Below, one piece after another: positions 1-13,545 of a stretch of DNA of 64,000 nucleotides. Numbering within the stretch: position 1 is the first letter of the stretch; every line of letters starts with the position of its first letter. The notes below the pieces were generated by a model. That model saw only the letters and a list, made by a program, of their open reading frames with translations, was not told the origin of the DNA and made no database searches. The translations under genes were made by a program, and so were the position numbers. The stretch is from the human T2T-CHM13v2.0 reference genome, Homo sapiens, in NCBI RefSeq assembly GCF_009914755.1, contig NC_060933.1. One strand, written 5' to 3'.

Positions 1-199
1 GTAAATGTCTGTAGAATAAATGAATGAACAAAGGGAAACAGTCATGTCTCTGTGGTTGTACCAAGTTTTTACCTGTGGTCCCATCACTGATGATAAACCT
101 TCCATGGCCCAGAAAGAGTGTTTTATTAGCCCTAGGACATATAGTTAATTTCTTCACTGTCAATATCTGATTTCTTCTGTTATTTAAACAACAACAACC

Positions 200-265
200 A
201 TATATATATATATATATATATACCCATAAATATACCATATATATATATATACACACACACACACA

Positions 266-324
<59 letters not shown>
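200..324. repeat. Compound (TA)n/(CA)n microsatellite with a pure (AT)~28 tract at 268-324
   Basis: Read directly from the sequence. Confidence 0.95.
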
Positions 325-327
<3 letters not shown>

Positions 328-1209
328 TGGCGTTCTTTCTTCTACTACCACAGATCCTTCAATCATCCACAACACTTTACAGTTCGTTGTGCACCTTCCT
401 TGCTTCATCTTCAGAGCAACCCAGTGAGGGGTCCCTGGTCATTATTTTCACTTTGCAGAAGATAACACAAAGATTAGAGACTTGCGGAGGTCACCAGCTG
501 CTAAGACACTGGGGACAGCATGCAACCTTGATCTGCAGGCTCCATGCCCCGTGCTCCTCCTATTACACCAAGCTGCCTCCCCCAGCAAGCTAAATGAGCT
601 GCCCAAAAGAAACAGCATCACTTCACTCTTGCCTAGAATTTTGCTTAAATACTTTCAGAATCATTTTTGCAACTGGAACGTTTCTCAAAAGAAGAAAACT
701 AGTTCATCACAGTAATCAAGTCTGTCACAGAGGATGTGTGATGATGTTTGAAAATATAATCCTATGAACATCAGAACTGACAACTCTGAAACATCTCTAG
801 GCTAAATCTGCTAATAACAGTCTTTAGCATTCAGGTTGGCACTCACATGGGTCGGTGTGATACATTTCACAGCAGAAATGCCCTAAGAAGGAACTTTCTC
901 AAAGAGTAACTGGGTAGAGGACAGATTTTAATGAGGCCCTTTCACACTGAAAGGGTGAAGTGTGAGTGAGGAATAAAGGCATCAGATAAAACATGTATTT
1001 CCGTGAGTCAGATGACAAGATGAGACCTCACATCAGAAAATGTGGCAAACACTTTGTAGAGGTCAGGACCTGTACAGAAAAGGAGTCAAAATATCAGGGC
1101 CATTGCCTCTGAAGATCCTTCTAGAGAAACGTGCTTTGATTAAAATGCAGCAGACACATGAACTGAAATTACCTCTCCTAGGCCTAGTGTTCACATACTC
1201 ACTAGCTCA

Positions 1210-2285
1210 GTTACCCACCCTTCCACCCACAAACTCATCCACCCATTCATCTATGCCTGTCCACAAACCTGCCTAGCTATCCACCTGCTATCATCTATCA
1301 ATACAACCACCGTCTATCCATCCATCCCTCCATCCATCCACCCACCCACCTGTCCATCAATCTACTCACATAATCATCCATCTATCCATCCATTCATCTA
1401 TATCCATCCACCTACCCACACATCCATACACACATCCACTCCTCTATATCCATCCACCTATCTACACATCTATCCTTTCATCCATCCATCCACCCACAAA
1501 CTCATCCACTCATTCATCTATGTCTGTCCTCTTATCTGCCCACCTGCCATCTTCCTGTTAATCCATCCATCTACCCACACATCCATCTGTGCATATATCT
1601 ATTCACATAACTATCCATCCATCCATCCACCCACCCATCCACCCATATATCCATCCATCCATCCATCCACCTACATACTCATCCATTTATCCATCCATGC
1701 ACCTATAGCTATTGACCTACCCACACGTCCATCCATCCACCCATCTGTATCCATCCGCTGTCCACACATCTATCCATCCATCCGTCCATCTATCTATGCA
1801 CCTATCCATCCATCCACCTACCCACCACCCACATACCCATCCATCCATCTACCTAAATGCTCATCCATTCATTCATTCACCCATGCATCCATCTACCCAC
1901 ATACTCATTCATTTATCCAACCATCCATCCACATCTATCCACCTACCCACGTATCCATTCATCCATCCACCCATCTGTATCCATCCACCTGTCCACACAT
2001 CTATCCATCCATCCATCCATCCATCCACCCATTTATCCATCCATATTTACCTACCCACACGTTATCCCTCCATCTATATCCATCTACCTATCCATCCATC
2101 CATCCATCCATCCATCCATCCATCCATCCATCCATCTATATCTATACACCTACCCACATATTCATCACTCATTCGCCATTCACTCCTTCCACTCAGCCAT
2201 CCAACTATCTACTCACATTCCCACCCCTCCACCCATCCCCCAACCCATGTCTCCACCACTCTACCCATCTGCCCATACATTCAAC
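1210..2285. repeat. Degenerate (TCCA/CCAT)n tetranucleotide array, about 1.1 kb, next to an L2-like 3' end
   Basis: Visible CCAT/CCAC repeats explain the His/Pro/Ser/Ile ORFs 1712..2314 and 1857..2354. L2-tail-like sequence follows at ~2278-2470. Confidence 0.9.
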
Positions 2286-3837
2286 CAGCCTTCCTGTGTA
2301 TCTATTATGTGTAAAACCCTGAGGAGACATTCAAGAAGTAGGGGACAGGGATGATAAAAGTCTCTCTGATGTATCTGTTCACTAACTTCAATTATAGTCC
2401 AGGCCATGTGCTAGAAACTGAAAACAGAGATAAATCTCAGAAAGACCCTACCCTCAAGGAGTTGGTAGTAGAAGTTAATTCATGCAAGCGAATGAATTAA
2501 CTGGAATCAAAATTATTGCAAAAGAGGGTGAATTCAAGGATTTCTACATTGTGCTGCTGGGGTCTGAGGGCCATGTTTCTAAGAGTAGTTTGACTCTGCT
2601 CTGTTCAGTGGACACCCACTCCCTGGCCTGCCACCATTTTTTATTACTGAAAACATGGGAATGAGGTGAAAGGGCATTAAACAAAAAGGCTATTAACCCT
2701 ACCACAAAAACCTCATGCGTAAAAAGCACAGTACTGTTTGCTGCTTTGGTAACTACACAAGCTGGCCAAGAAAATCAATGTGCTGCTGCTGCTGGTGGAT
2801 CCCTCTCCCTTCTCTCTCTCTCTCTTTCTCATTCTCTTTCCCACTCTCTTCTGATTCATTTCTTAAGCTTTTAAGGGGATGACCACAGTGACTTAACATA
2901 AAGATAAAGCAATAAGGAGGTCACTGTTTCCCAAACCTTGTCATACGTGTGCCACCCTCATGGTTTTCACAATATCTACCCGCCATCTGTGCTTTCCTTT
3001 ACTAAATATCTGCCTTAAAAAAAAAACTGAAAAAAGAGTGCTTATCTCGCTACCTTAAATGCTGGTTATATTTTTACAGTGCACATTCAAATAAACATGC
3101 AACATTAAAATAAAGAGTGTGGGTCTGGATACCAGCTACCGTGGTTCCTTCTTGGGCACCTGTTGCTCTATTGGAAAAGCTGCCATTGCTGCCAGGCTGT
3201 CCTCCAGGGCCTGCCTCCTGTGAGATGACCTGACAGCTCAGACCCAGGTTCCCCATGAAGGCTTTGCTTCTTCTTTGTTACTGCAGAAATTTGCTTACTA
3301 ATTTTTAAATCCAAAGGGACAGTCAGCAAAGTCTTCCAAAGAGCAAATTGGAAAAAGAAAATGTAATATTAAAGGCAATGTTAATACTAACATAAATGTT
3401 AAATGAAGGACACTAATATCGGGCTTCTAGGTAAAATCTCCTTTGAAAAACAAGTTTGAAAACTCCTGGAATACGTTGATACATAGCTGTATACATGATG
3501 AATATGAATACCCATAGACCACATATTTAGGGATGTGTGTGTGCATGCATGCATGTGAGTGTGTTTGCGTGCATATGAATGTCAGAATGTGAATTACCAA
3601 AGATGGCAAGAGCTGCAAGAATCCAACTGAAGCAGCTGGTTGGGGACCCACCAACCACAGAATCCCATGGAAAATTAATTATAGGTGTTTGAGGGTCTAG
3701 AAGACTGTGAAGTTGGTATCCAAATACATTCTTCCTTGTCATCCTTGCACTAATTCAGCACATACTGTGTCCCAGGCACTCAACATGTATAAACCTCTTT
3801 AATCGTCACAGCCCTTTAAGGTAGGCCCCGTTGTTAT

Positions 3838-4235
3838 CTATAGGGGTAACTGGGGGGCTTGCCCAGTATTTTGGCCTCTTTAGGGCCAAAGCACCATCAT
3901 TCCCCAGCTCCTGAGAATATTGGCTACTGAAGGTCCCAGCCTACTTCCTTACTGCGAATTACCCTCCACCATGAGGAACTGCCTTGGCTAAGGATACACC
4001 TGCTCCTAGGGCCAGTGACTAGCTGATAAGAGGACACCTGGGCCCAGCCTCTGCTCCATCACAGCTCCAGAGCTACCAGAATCAGCTGGAGCCTCAGTTG
4101 CAGCCACACTGCCATCAGCTTCTTGCTCTTGTTCTGTCCCCTTCACTTCCCTACAGGTGTATCCAGAGCATGCTCTCTGACAAACCTTCTGCAAAGATGT
4201 CCCATCTCTATTTACAAGGAGCTTGATCTAAGGCA
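3838..4235 (+). mobile_element. ERVL solo LTR (LTR16-like), inserted in MIR
   Basis: The 3' end aaaccttctgcaaagatgtcccatctc...gatctaaggca resembles the LTR16 terminus. MIR pieces lie on both sides. Confidence 0.55.
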
Positions 4236-5209
4236 CTATCTATGTTTTACAGATAAGAAACTGAGATGAAGAGAGATTGATTCCTTGCTCAAGTTTACCT
4301 GGCTAGCAAGTGGAGCCAAGATGAGAACCTAGGAATTCTGTCTCCAGGTTCCACACTCTTAACCATTTCATACCTCTTAGGAAGACAAAGGTGGACACCC
4401 CCTTCCAGTCCCTTATAGTCCCCCACTTCCCCCCTTCCACAATTTACAATGCCCCAACCAGACTCCAGGTCTTTACTTTAAAATTACTGGTTTAGGCAGT
4501 AATTCTAGGAAGCCTGAATCCCATTGAGAAAGAAGAAGGAGGTGGCAGTGGTGGTTAGAATTTCATGAGAAAGTGGCATGAAATTTCATGAGAAAGTGGA
4601 CACTTCCAAGTGTCCTTCTCTCCATCACGCAGGTCTGGTTCTCATCCAGGTGAGCACAGAGTGTCACATCGAGTGTGTGTGAGTAACCTCTGCATGAGCA
4701 CACACAGGCGGAGCCAGTGTCCATCAGGGCCCACAGCCATGCCATCCTGTCGGCTAAAATTTATGTCAGCTGTCTTCTCCTGATTTTAGAAAACTTCCTT
4801 CCTGCTTAGCAAGCTCCTGGGCTAACATACCTTGACACACACACAGAGAGGGAGATTCTGGTCTCACACCAAGAGAAATGCACGTAATCTTCAGATTCGT
4901 TTTTCATATAGGATCTGGATATATCTCTGAGTATTTTCCTCAATAGTGGGGCTACCACTAATGTTTAATTGTACTATTTACTTTAAAATATTTGCTATTT
5001 ATATTTTCAACATGTAAAAATGCACATTCTTAGGTTTCTGTATGTAAAAGCAACCAGACTTTTGCTGGGCTAATAACTATTTGGTTAGCGGTAGCTTGCA
5101 AATACCATTATTTCCCTCTAAAATTAGCAAACTACCTATGATATCTTTAAAAATACTTAAAAAATAAATGTACAGCTAAATAAAATTGCTCTATCATAAT
5201 AAATAATAG

Positions 5210-5579
<370 letters not shown>

Positions 5580-5580
5580 T

Positions 5581-5757
5581 GGGAGTTATTTAATGGGTAT
5601 GCAGTTTCAGTTCAGGATGATGAGAAAGTTCTGGAGATAAATAGTGGTGATGCTTGTATAACATGGTCAATGTGCTTAATGCCATTGAATTTGTACACTT
5701 AAAAATGACTAAAACAGTAAACATTATTTTATACATATTTTATCACAATTTAAAAAA
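5581..5757 (+). mobile_element. L1MB/ME-type 3' end fragment
   Basis: gtttcagtt...gaaagttctggagat...gtggtgatg...cacttaaaaatg is the typical old L1 3'UTR. Confidence 0.75.
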
Positions 5758-6530
5758 CGATAGGGTTAAGAAGATTGAGAACCACTGCCATGGAAAAAGT
5801 TTTATAATGTGAGGGACCAAAATAAATGATAAAGAAATTAAAATAAAAAGGATCACATCTGAATGTGAAGTGTCCCATGAGTCTGTCTGAATGATGAGGT
5901 TTCAGGAGACTGATTTCTCTTTGGTGCGTGCCTGTACTTTTCACATTTTCTACAAGGGACATGGATAATTTTTATAATCCAAAATAAATATGTATTAATA
6001 TATGTTATTTTGAAACACATGAATAAGTTAGAACAGGGCAGGTGAGGTTATAAAATGCCCTCCCTCCTCCCGATCAGGGGAAAGGTGGGTACAATATAAA
6101 GAGTCTCTTCCAGTGCTGTGGCCAGAGCTTTCAGTGAGGCTGGCCCAGAACCAAGGGGCTGGGGCCTGGCTTCAGCCTTGCCTCTTACTCAGCAGGTTAG
6201 GGAGAGCCACAGAGCTCCCCCTGGAAACTGGGGTGGTGGGAAGTGCTGATCTCATTGGTTTATTTCCACATTGTCCTTCTCGGGCTAGATTCTTTTGCCC
6301 CCTAATGGAGGAGAGCTTTTATAGGTGTAGGATAATGGTTAAAAGTGAGGGTCGAAAGTTAGATGGCTTATGTTCAAATCCCAGCTTCTCTACTCACTAG
6401 CTCTGTCACCTTGGGTAAATTTTTTAACCTCTTAGGTTGAATGAGAGGGTTAAATTACTTAATCCTCTACCTCCTTAACCTCTTAGCTGCAAAACAGTGA
6501 CAATAAATAGCAGTCTCCACTTTTTGGGGA

Positions 6531-6972
6531 TGTGTCAGTTTGCTTGGGCCATCATCACAAAGTACCACACACTGGGTGGCTTAAACAATGGGAATTTGTT
6601 ATCTCAGTTGTGGAGGCTAGAAGTCTGAGATCAAGTTGTTGGCAAGGCCACTTCCTTCTGAGGGCTGTGAAGGAGGATCAGTCACCTTCTGGTGGTTGGC
6701 TGGCAATCACTGACACTGCTGATGATATAGAAACCTCATCCGTATCTCTGCTTCATCATCACATGGCATTCTCCCTGTGTGCCTGGCTGTCTTTAAATCT
6801 CCCCTTTTTATAGAAACACTGGTTATATTGGATTACCTTACTTCAGTACGACCTCATCTTAACTAATCACATCTGTAACAACCCTATTTCCAAATAAGGT
6901 CACATTCTGAGCTACTGTGGGTTGCAGTTCAGCAGATGGATTTTTTAGGGGGGCACAATTCAATCCATAACA
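6531..6972 (-). mobile_element. MLT1 (MaLR) solo LTR within a MIR
   Basis: tgtgtcagtttgc...taccacacactgggtggcttaaacaa...gggggcacaattcaatccataaca. Confidence 0.8.
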
Positions 6973-8748
6973 GGTGAATGTGAGGATTAAGTGAAATAAT
7001 ACATCTAGGAGCTTGGCATAGTGCTCAGCATATAGTAGGCATTCAAAACTGTTCATCATTCCTATTATCATGACATCTGTCATTATGGTAATTTGCTGTG
7101 ACCACCATGTCCCTGGCTCCTTCCAAGGAGCCTCCTCTTTGTTTCTCCCAGGGATAAAGACAGAGCCTGCACCTTCTGTTGAAGCTCTCATAAGCTGATA
7201 CACTCCCCCACACTGCTTTTCTTAAGGAAATAGCTATTTTTTCCCTGACTTGATGAAGTCAAACTTGCAAGCTTTGGAAGGTTAGGCATCAATTCAAACA
7301 AATTGCTAAACCACATTATTTTGATCTTTCAAATTTATCTGACAGCAGAAGGAGTAGGTTTCTTTCCTGTGCTGTACATTGTCTGCAGTCATTTGTAATT
7401 GTATTTAAATTAAAGGGGGAAGGGCAGCCAAGCAACGCCTAACAGCACAAGATTTGGAGACACTTGCATTTAGATCAGAAGACCTAGAATGTAATTCTGA
7501 ACCAGGTTCACCAGTTATGCACTGTGGGACCCCAACATAGCCACTTTGCCTTTCTGAGCTATAATTTTGTAATTCATTCAATCAGCAAATATATTTCATG
7601 GACTAAGAGCTGGGTCTTGTAGACACCAGGGGTACAGAGAGAATTACAGGCCCCACTGTCAAGGGGCTCAGAGTCCAGCAGGAGGAGGCAGATAGACACA
7701 CAAATAATCCAGTGTAGAGGGGAACCGTTACATCCTTCACTATTAATATGGGGATGGTAGTACCTGCTCTCTCTCTGATGCATCTCACCTGGTTGTTCCC
7801 ATTGTGAGCCCCTTGGGGGCAAAACCTTACATCTTACTACTCCTACCTGGCCCTGGTCTGGCTTACTGGAGGTGCAATGAATGCTGGTTGAATTAATTGG
7901 ATACCTAAATGCTTAAGAATATGGACTTTGAGTCAGTCAGACTTGGTAGCCTTGCATAAACTCTCACTTACTACCTGAAGGATCCTGAGTAAATCATTGA
8001 ACTTTGCTGAGCCTGTTTCTTTAATCTATGACATGTCATTAATTATTTAAATCATCTGTTCATTAAACAAATATTTATCAGGCACCTACTATGTCCCAGG
8101 CACCCAGTTCTAAGCCTTAGAGATAAAGCAGAAAATAAAACAGACAATAAATAAGTAAAATATGTAGTATGTCAGATGGGGCTAGATGTTGTGGAGAAGG
8201 ATGAGTAGAGGGGGGCTGGGTGGATGGGGAGGGAGTTGCAATTTAAAGTAGGGTGTCAGGTTAGGTCTCACTGGGAAGGAGAGAGGAGGGGAGAGACCTG
8301 ACATAGGTGAGCAAGCCAGATGCAGCTCACTGGAGGAGTGTACCAGGAACTGGGAATTGTACGTCCCCACCATATTCAATAATAAGGGAAAAGTGCTTAG
8401 AATGCTTCCTGGGATACAGTAGGAGCTCGTTAATTGATAACTATTATTAGCATGAGTGAATAAATGTAATTGCATTAAGGAAGGAAGATGGGAGAGACTA
8501 TAAATGCACTCTGTAAACAGGGCAGTCACACAGCAAGGATTATTATTATTATAGTTGTTGTTTATTACTAGCAATTACCTCTCGAAAATGTTTCTGACAA
8601 TCTGAAGTCACAGAGGGCCCATCAGCAATTGCTTCTGCTGCTCAAGCCCTGGGATTTGAGCCCCAGAGAGTTGCTTATGGGAGAAACGAGAGATTGAGAG
8701 GGGAGTAAGGGATGAGTTTTTATGCTGCCTCAGGAAGGGATTCCTCCA

Positions 8749-8817
8749 ACGCATGCGTGCACGTGCACATGCATATGCACATGCGCGCGCGCGCACACAC
8801 ACACACACACGCACGTG
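8749..8817. repeat. 69-bp perfect purine-pyrimidine alternation with (GC)n and (CA)n
   Basis: Read directly from the sequence. Confidence 0.9.
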
Positions 8818-9371
8818 ACCTTGTGTGAATTACCGCTACCAGGTATCACAGCAAGAATTTGGTAATCACTATTAGCAGATTCAAGAAATCTAAGTCCTGT
8901 TAATACTTCTGTTGTCAGTTCTGATTATTTATCGGGTTGAAAAAGTCTTTTTAGTTTATAGATGCCTGGAAGGCAACAGAGTAGAAAAGTGTGATTGAAT
9001 TTCTCAATCATTTGTGAATTTAATCCAACAACATTCACTAGAGGTTATCAGGGATTATTGAGCTTCTACCAGGCATAAAGGGCCAGGTGAAGTACGAGGG
9101 GATCAGAGAAAGGAAGGGCTGCGGTCCCTGCAAATCTGGGAGATAGTAATTCGCTGGAGGAGACGAATATGGCTCTCCTACAGGCTACTGCAACTGGCAG
9201 GGGTGCATGCAAAATGCACCAGGGACGAGGGAGAAGAGTCCAGAACCCTCCAATCGGGTGTGGGGGTAGGTAAGGAGGACCATTGGTTCTAAAGTTACAC
9301 ATATGGTAACTATAAGGTTATAGTAAAAATTTTCTCTTGAAAATGCTTAAATTTCCCATAAATACACATGG

Positions 9372-9800
9372 GTGTCTTAGATGGGGTCCTCCAGAAACAA
9401 AGCCTAGGACAGGGAATCACATGTCAGTAATTTGTTAACGACGTGTTCTCAGAAGAAACCTGTAAGGGAGAGAAGAAAAAGGAAGAGGCCATGCTCAGAT
9501 GTGGTTTAAGATGAAGGTGAGCCTCAGCCTGTTCTGGTTGGAAGCCCTGGAGGGTAAATTGCACTGGGTGTTGTACCAATGCATCGGTCATTGCTGCAGG
9601 CTGATGGTGTGGGTGTAATTCCCAGGCACCTCCAGGCAGGAGGCACCAATTGCCCAATCCTGTAGGGACTGTAGGGAAGGCAGCAGGTGTGAGCCATTAG
9701 CAGGGGCACCTGCAGCAGCTGGGGGATAAGCAAACCTAAGCAGCCCTCTGAAACTGAGCTCAGGAGATCTGGGTGGGACACCATCAGCATCTGCTGCAAT
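9372..9800 (-). mobile_element. ERVL LTR16-like solo LTR
   Basis: tgtcttagatggggtcctccagaaacaaagcctaggacagggaatc is the reverse complement of an LTR16-type 3' end. Confidence 0.55.
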
Positions 9801-10835
9801 TAGCTTTTGTGTGTAATGCTGAGTGGTAATGCTTAGGGCTGCTGGAGCACTGAGCTAGTCAAAAGGGAGGAAGAGGAGGGAGAGCTGAGAGCAGATGCCT
9901 TCCACATTAAGGTAACTTTCAAATCCCTAGAGTGAATGGCCACAGGAGAGAACTCAAGTGTTCTTGCTTAGAGGCAGAGTTTACTTGGTTCTGTGTGGAT
10001 AGTAAACCACTCCAGCCTTCTTACAAGTTAATAGATTTGTTTATTGTTGAGAGGGTGAAATGAGATTATATATATGAAACAGAATGGTATCTCATAGGTA
10101 TGCAATGATTGTTTGCTGGGTCTTGATTAGACCCACACAAACTCTGCTCTTTGTAAAGTAGCCATTTAATAGCAGTAGTAATAATAATAGCAATAATGAT
10201 GATGTAGTTCTTAGGTACTAAACATTATTATTTCCCACAGCCACACTTTGAAAGAAGAAATATTTACCGCCACTCTACAAATGAGGAAACTGAGGCACAG
10301 AGATGTAAGTAACTTCTCCAAGGTCACACAGCTCTAAGAGATACATACACTGTGACCTGTTTTTACTTGACCTTTCAAATTTGTAATTCTTGTTATAGTT
10401 GATCACTGCCATGTCCTGGGCAATGGTACATTTCATCTGAGTTTGAGGGTGGGCTGGTTAGCCAGAGAATGGAGGGAGAGAGATTAGAGTCTCAAATCAG
10501 CTCCTATGTTAAGTTTATGTGTGATGCAATTTCACTGGAACTACCTGGGTCTGGGATGTGCTGGGGACACATGAGGTACAGAGAAAGTTCTGGATGGGTT
10601 TTCTGTTGCTCCCGGGCAGCAGACAAGAAAGGAACATGAAAAAGGGACCTCAGAATAGGAAACCGTGGGGTGGCATTGGACGCTAGCATGGGGTCACTGG
10701 AACAAGCCCCATGTTCTAGGGCTCCCAGTTGTTATACCACATTTGGACTATTTCAGAGCTTCTAACAAGTTCTCCAGTGACAGCCTTGAGCACAAAGTCA
10801 AGAAACAGGCACAATCAGGATAATCTGGGGGATAG

Positions 10836-11271
<436 letters not shown>

Positions 11272-11442
11272 CCTAAAAAAGACTTCTATGAGTAAATGAT
11301 GATATCAAATATAAGACACCAATGTCTGGCTGGTGGGAGGCCTGAAGTTTAGTCTCTACATTGGAAAGTAAAACCAGGACCCCAAAAGATCAAACAGGCA
11401 GGAGAGATGGGACAACTCTAACAAGATGATATGTAACTAGTA

Positions 11443-11475
<33 letters not shown>
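11443..11475. repeat. (TG)n microsatellite
   Basis: Read directly from the sequence. Confidence 0.9.
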
Positions 11476-11480
<5 letters not shown>

Positions 11481-12328
11481 TATATTTTGACTTAAAAAAA
11501 CCAAGTGCACAAACTCCAGGATCACAGTAGGGCGAGGCAACAGTGGGGATGAAATAAAGGTGGGTTTGAGCCAACATTGCAAATTCCCCTGGAACGAGGA
11601 ACCTGTTGGTTTTCTCTGGCTACCTAGTTTGACCTTACTTAGAGTACTTGGAATTCCAGCCAAACTGAGTTTAACTCTATGATGTCCTCCTTTTAGGTAA
11701 AAAGTTGGTAGGGTGGGTGGTGGGGTGGTGACTTGTCTAGGGGGTGGGGGGAGCATTTTTTGAGTCTTAGTAGAAATAATTTTTTAAAAATCTTGCAGAA
11801 ACTTTAAGGGGTATACTGGCTAAGGCTGGATCCCTCTTCACCAGCAACAAAAGCAAATGGATCAATACACTCTGCAAATCGCCATCTGCTGTTCTTCATC
11901 ACCTTGGTGAGACCAATTAGAAGATAACAGCCATCGGAGGTGAAATGCCTGAACCTAAGGGTGCCAGCCTGTCCTGACAGAGGTTACACTAGGATGTCCA
12001 GACCCGCTGCTGGTTGAGAGACACTGGGCAGAGGATGAAGGATGGCTCTATTATTTGGAGGAACTTAATGGGTCACTCTCTTTCCAACTGTGATCGTTCC
12101 CACATAGAGTACACCCACCGAGAATGAGGGACAGTCACAGCAAACTTTAGCAAGAATGGAGCCCTCTTCTCATAATCCGAGACATTCCCCAGGAGCCTCT
12201 TTCAATTTCCCTATGGTCAAATGCTCTTGACACCTAAAAGCCCCCATCCAAACCCAGTGTACATGCCCTAAGGAACTCCTGGAAAAGCATGGGTTCAATT
12301 CTCATAAGGTAAAATGAGAGTCTATTAA

Positions 12329-12625
<297 letters not shown>

Positions 12626-13367
12626 TAAATTTAGCCTGTCATAGGCACCACAATCTCAATGTGCTGTCCTTTTAAAAGACAAATCAGAAGATACATTTAC
12701 CAAACAGGGTATACTGCTGGTAACAGCCATCATCTTAGCCTGACATACCCAAAGGATTTGTCGACCTTGAGATCTGGGAGGTCACCCTTGTTTTAAGAGA
12801 CTGGAAACTGGAAAGAGTTTAAAAAAAAAAAAAAAGATCACCTGAAGAACTTTAAGGCTTTGATTTTCACCTGAAGACTTAGCCAGTGTTTCCAAGCATG
12901 TGCTGAAAGGTTATGGTCTCCTGACGATGAATTTAGTGCATCTTGATTAGGAAAGCCAAATGAAAGGAGTCTGTTCAGCCACAGCACACTGACGTGTTGA
13001 GCGTTGGGAAGAGGGGCCTGGTATTGCATCCTTGCTCCCACCACATGCACAGGAGGGTTCCCCACAGGGTGGCTACCTTGCAATTATTGATCCAGCAAGT
13101 TAGGATGGCTCCTTGGTCTTTACTCCCCTAAGCGAAACCGTCTTTCCTCCAGAGGCCTTGGGCAGACCTTGGATACTGCCTAGCAATTGTTCCTCTACTT
13201 GTCCATTCCCACTGCTATTGAATGAGGGGCTCTTGGGGCCAGGGACCGTATGTTATTCCTCTCTATACTCCATACACCCAGTGCGGGGCTTGCTAGAGGA
13301 GTGAATGAATGTAGGAGCAAATCCATTGCTGACAGGTTTAAACCACAAACGTGTGTGTGTGGCCCCA

Positions 13368-13545
13368 AGCAATTCTCAGGTTGCTATTTAAGAATCTCTC
13401 AGACTGCTGTTTAATATGTGAATTCCTGAGCTTTACTGTAAGACCACAGAATCAGAAGTTATGGGGTGGGGCCAGGGAACCTGCATTTTAAATGAAGCGC
13501 CCTGGAAGATTCTCATGCCTTTAGAAGGTTAAGAATCATTGCTCT
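13368..13545. mobile_element. MER5-like hAT-Charlie MITE
   Basis: gaatcagaa...ggggtggggccagggaacctgcattttaa...gttaagaatcattgctcta. Confidence 0.65.

Noticed and set aside
1210-2285. Dense YCAY cluster as a NOVA-binding element
   Set aside because: The YCAY words are on the plus strand. GABBR2 pre-mRNA carries the complement, and nothing here supports an antisense transcript.
1712-2354. 200-aa and 165-aa His/Pro-rich ORFs
   Set aside because: They are translations of the (TCCA)n array, which lacks stop codons by composition.
8210-8233. Canonical G-quadruplex motif (a looser one lies at 11711-11751)
   Set aside because: Such motifs are common. This one lies within an L2 remnant and nothing supports a function.
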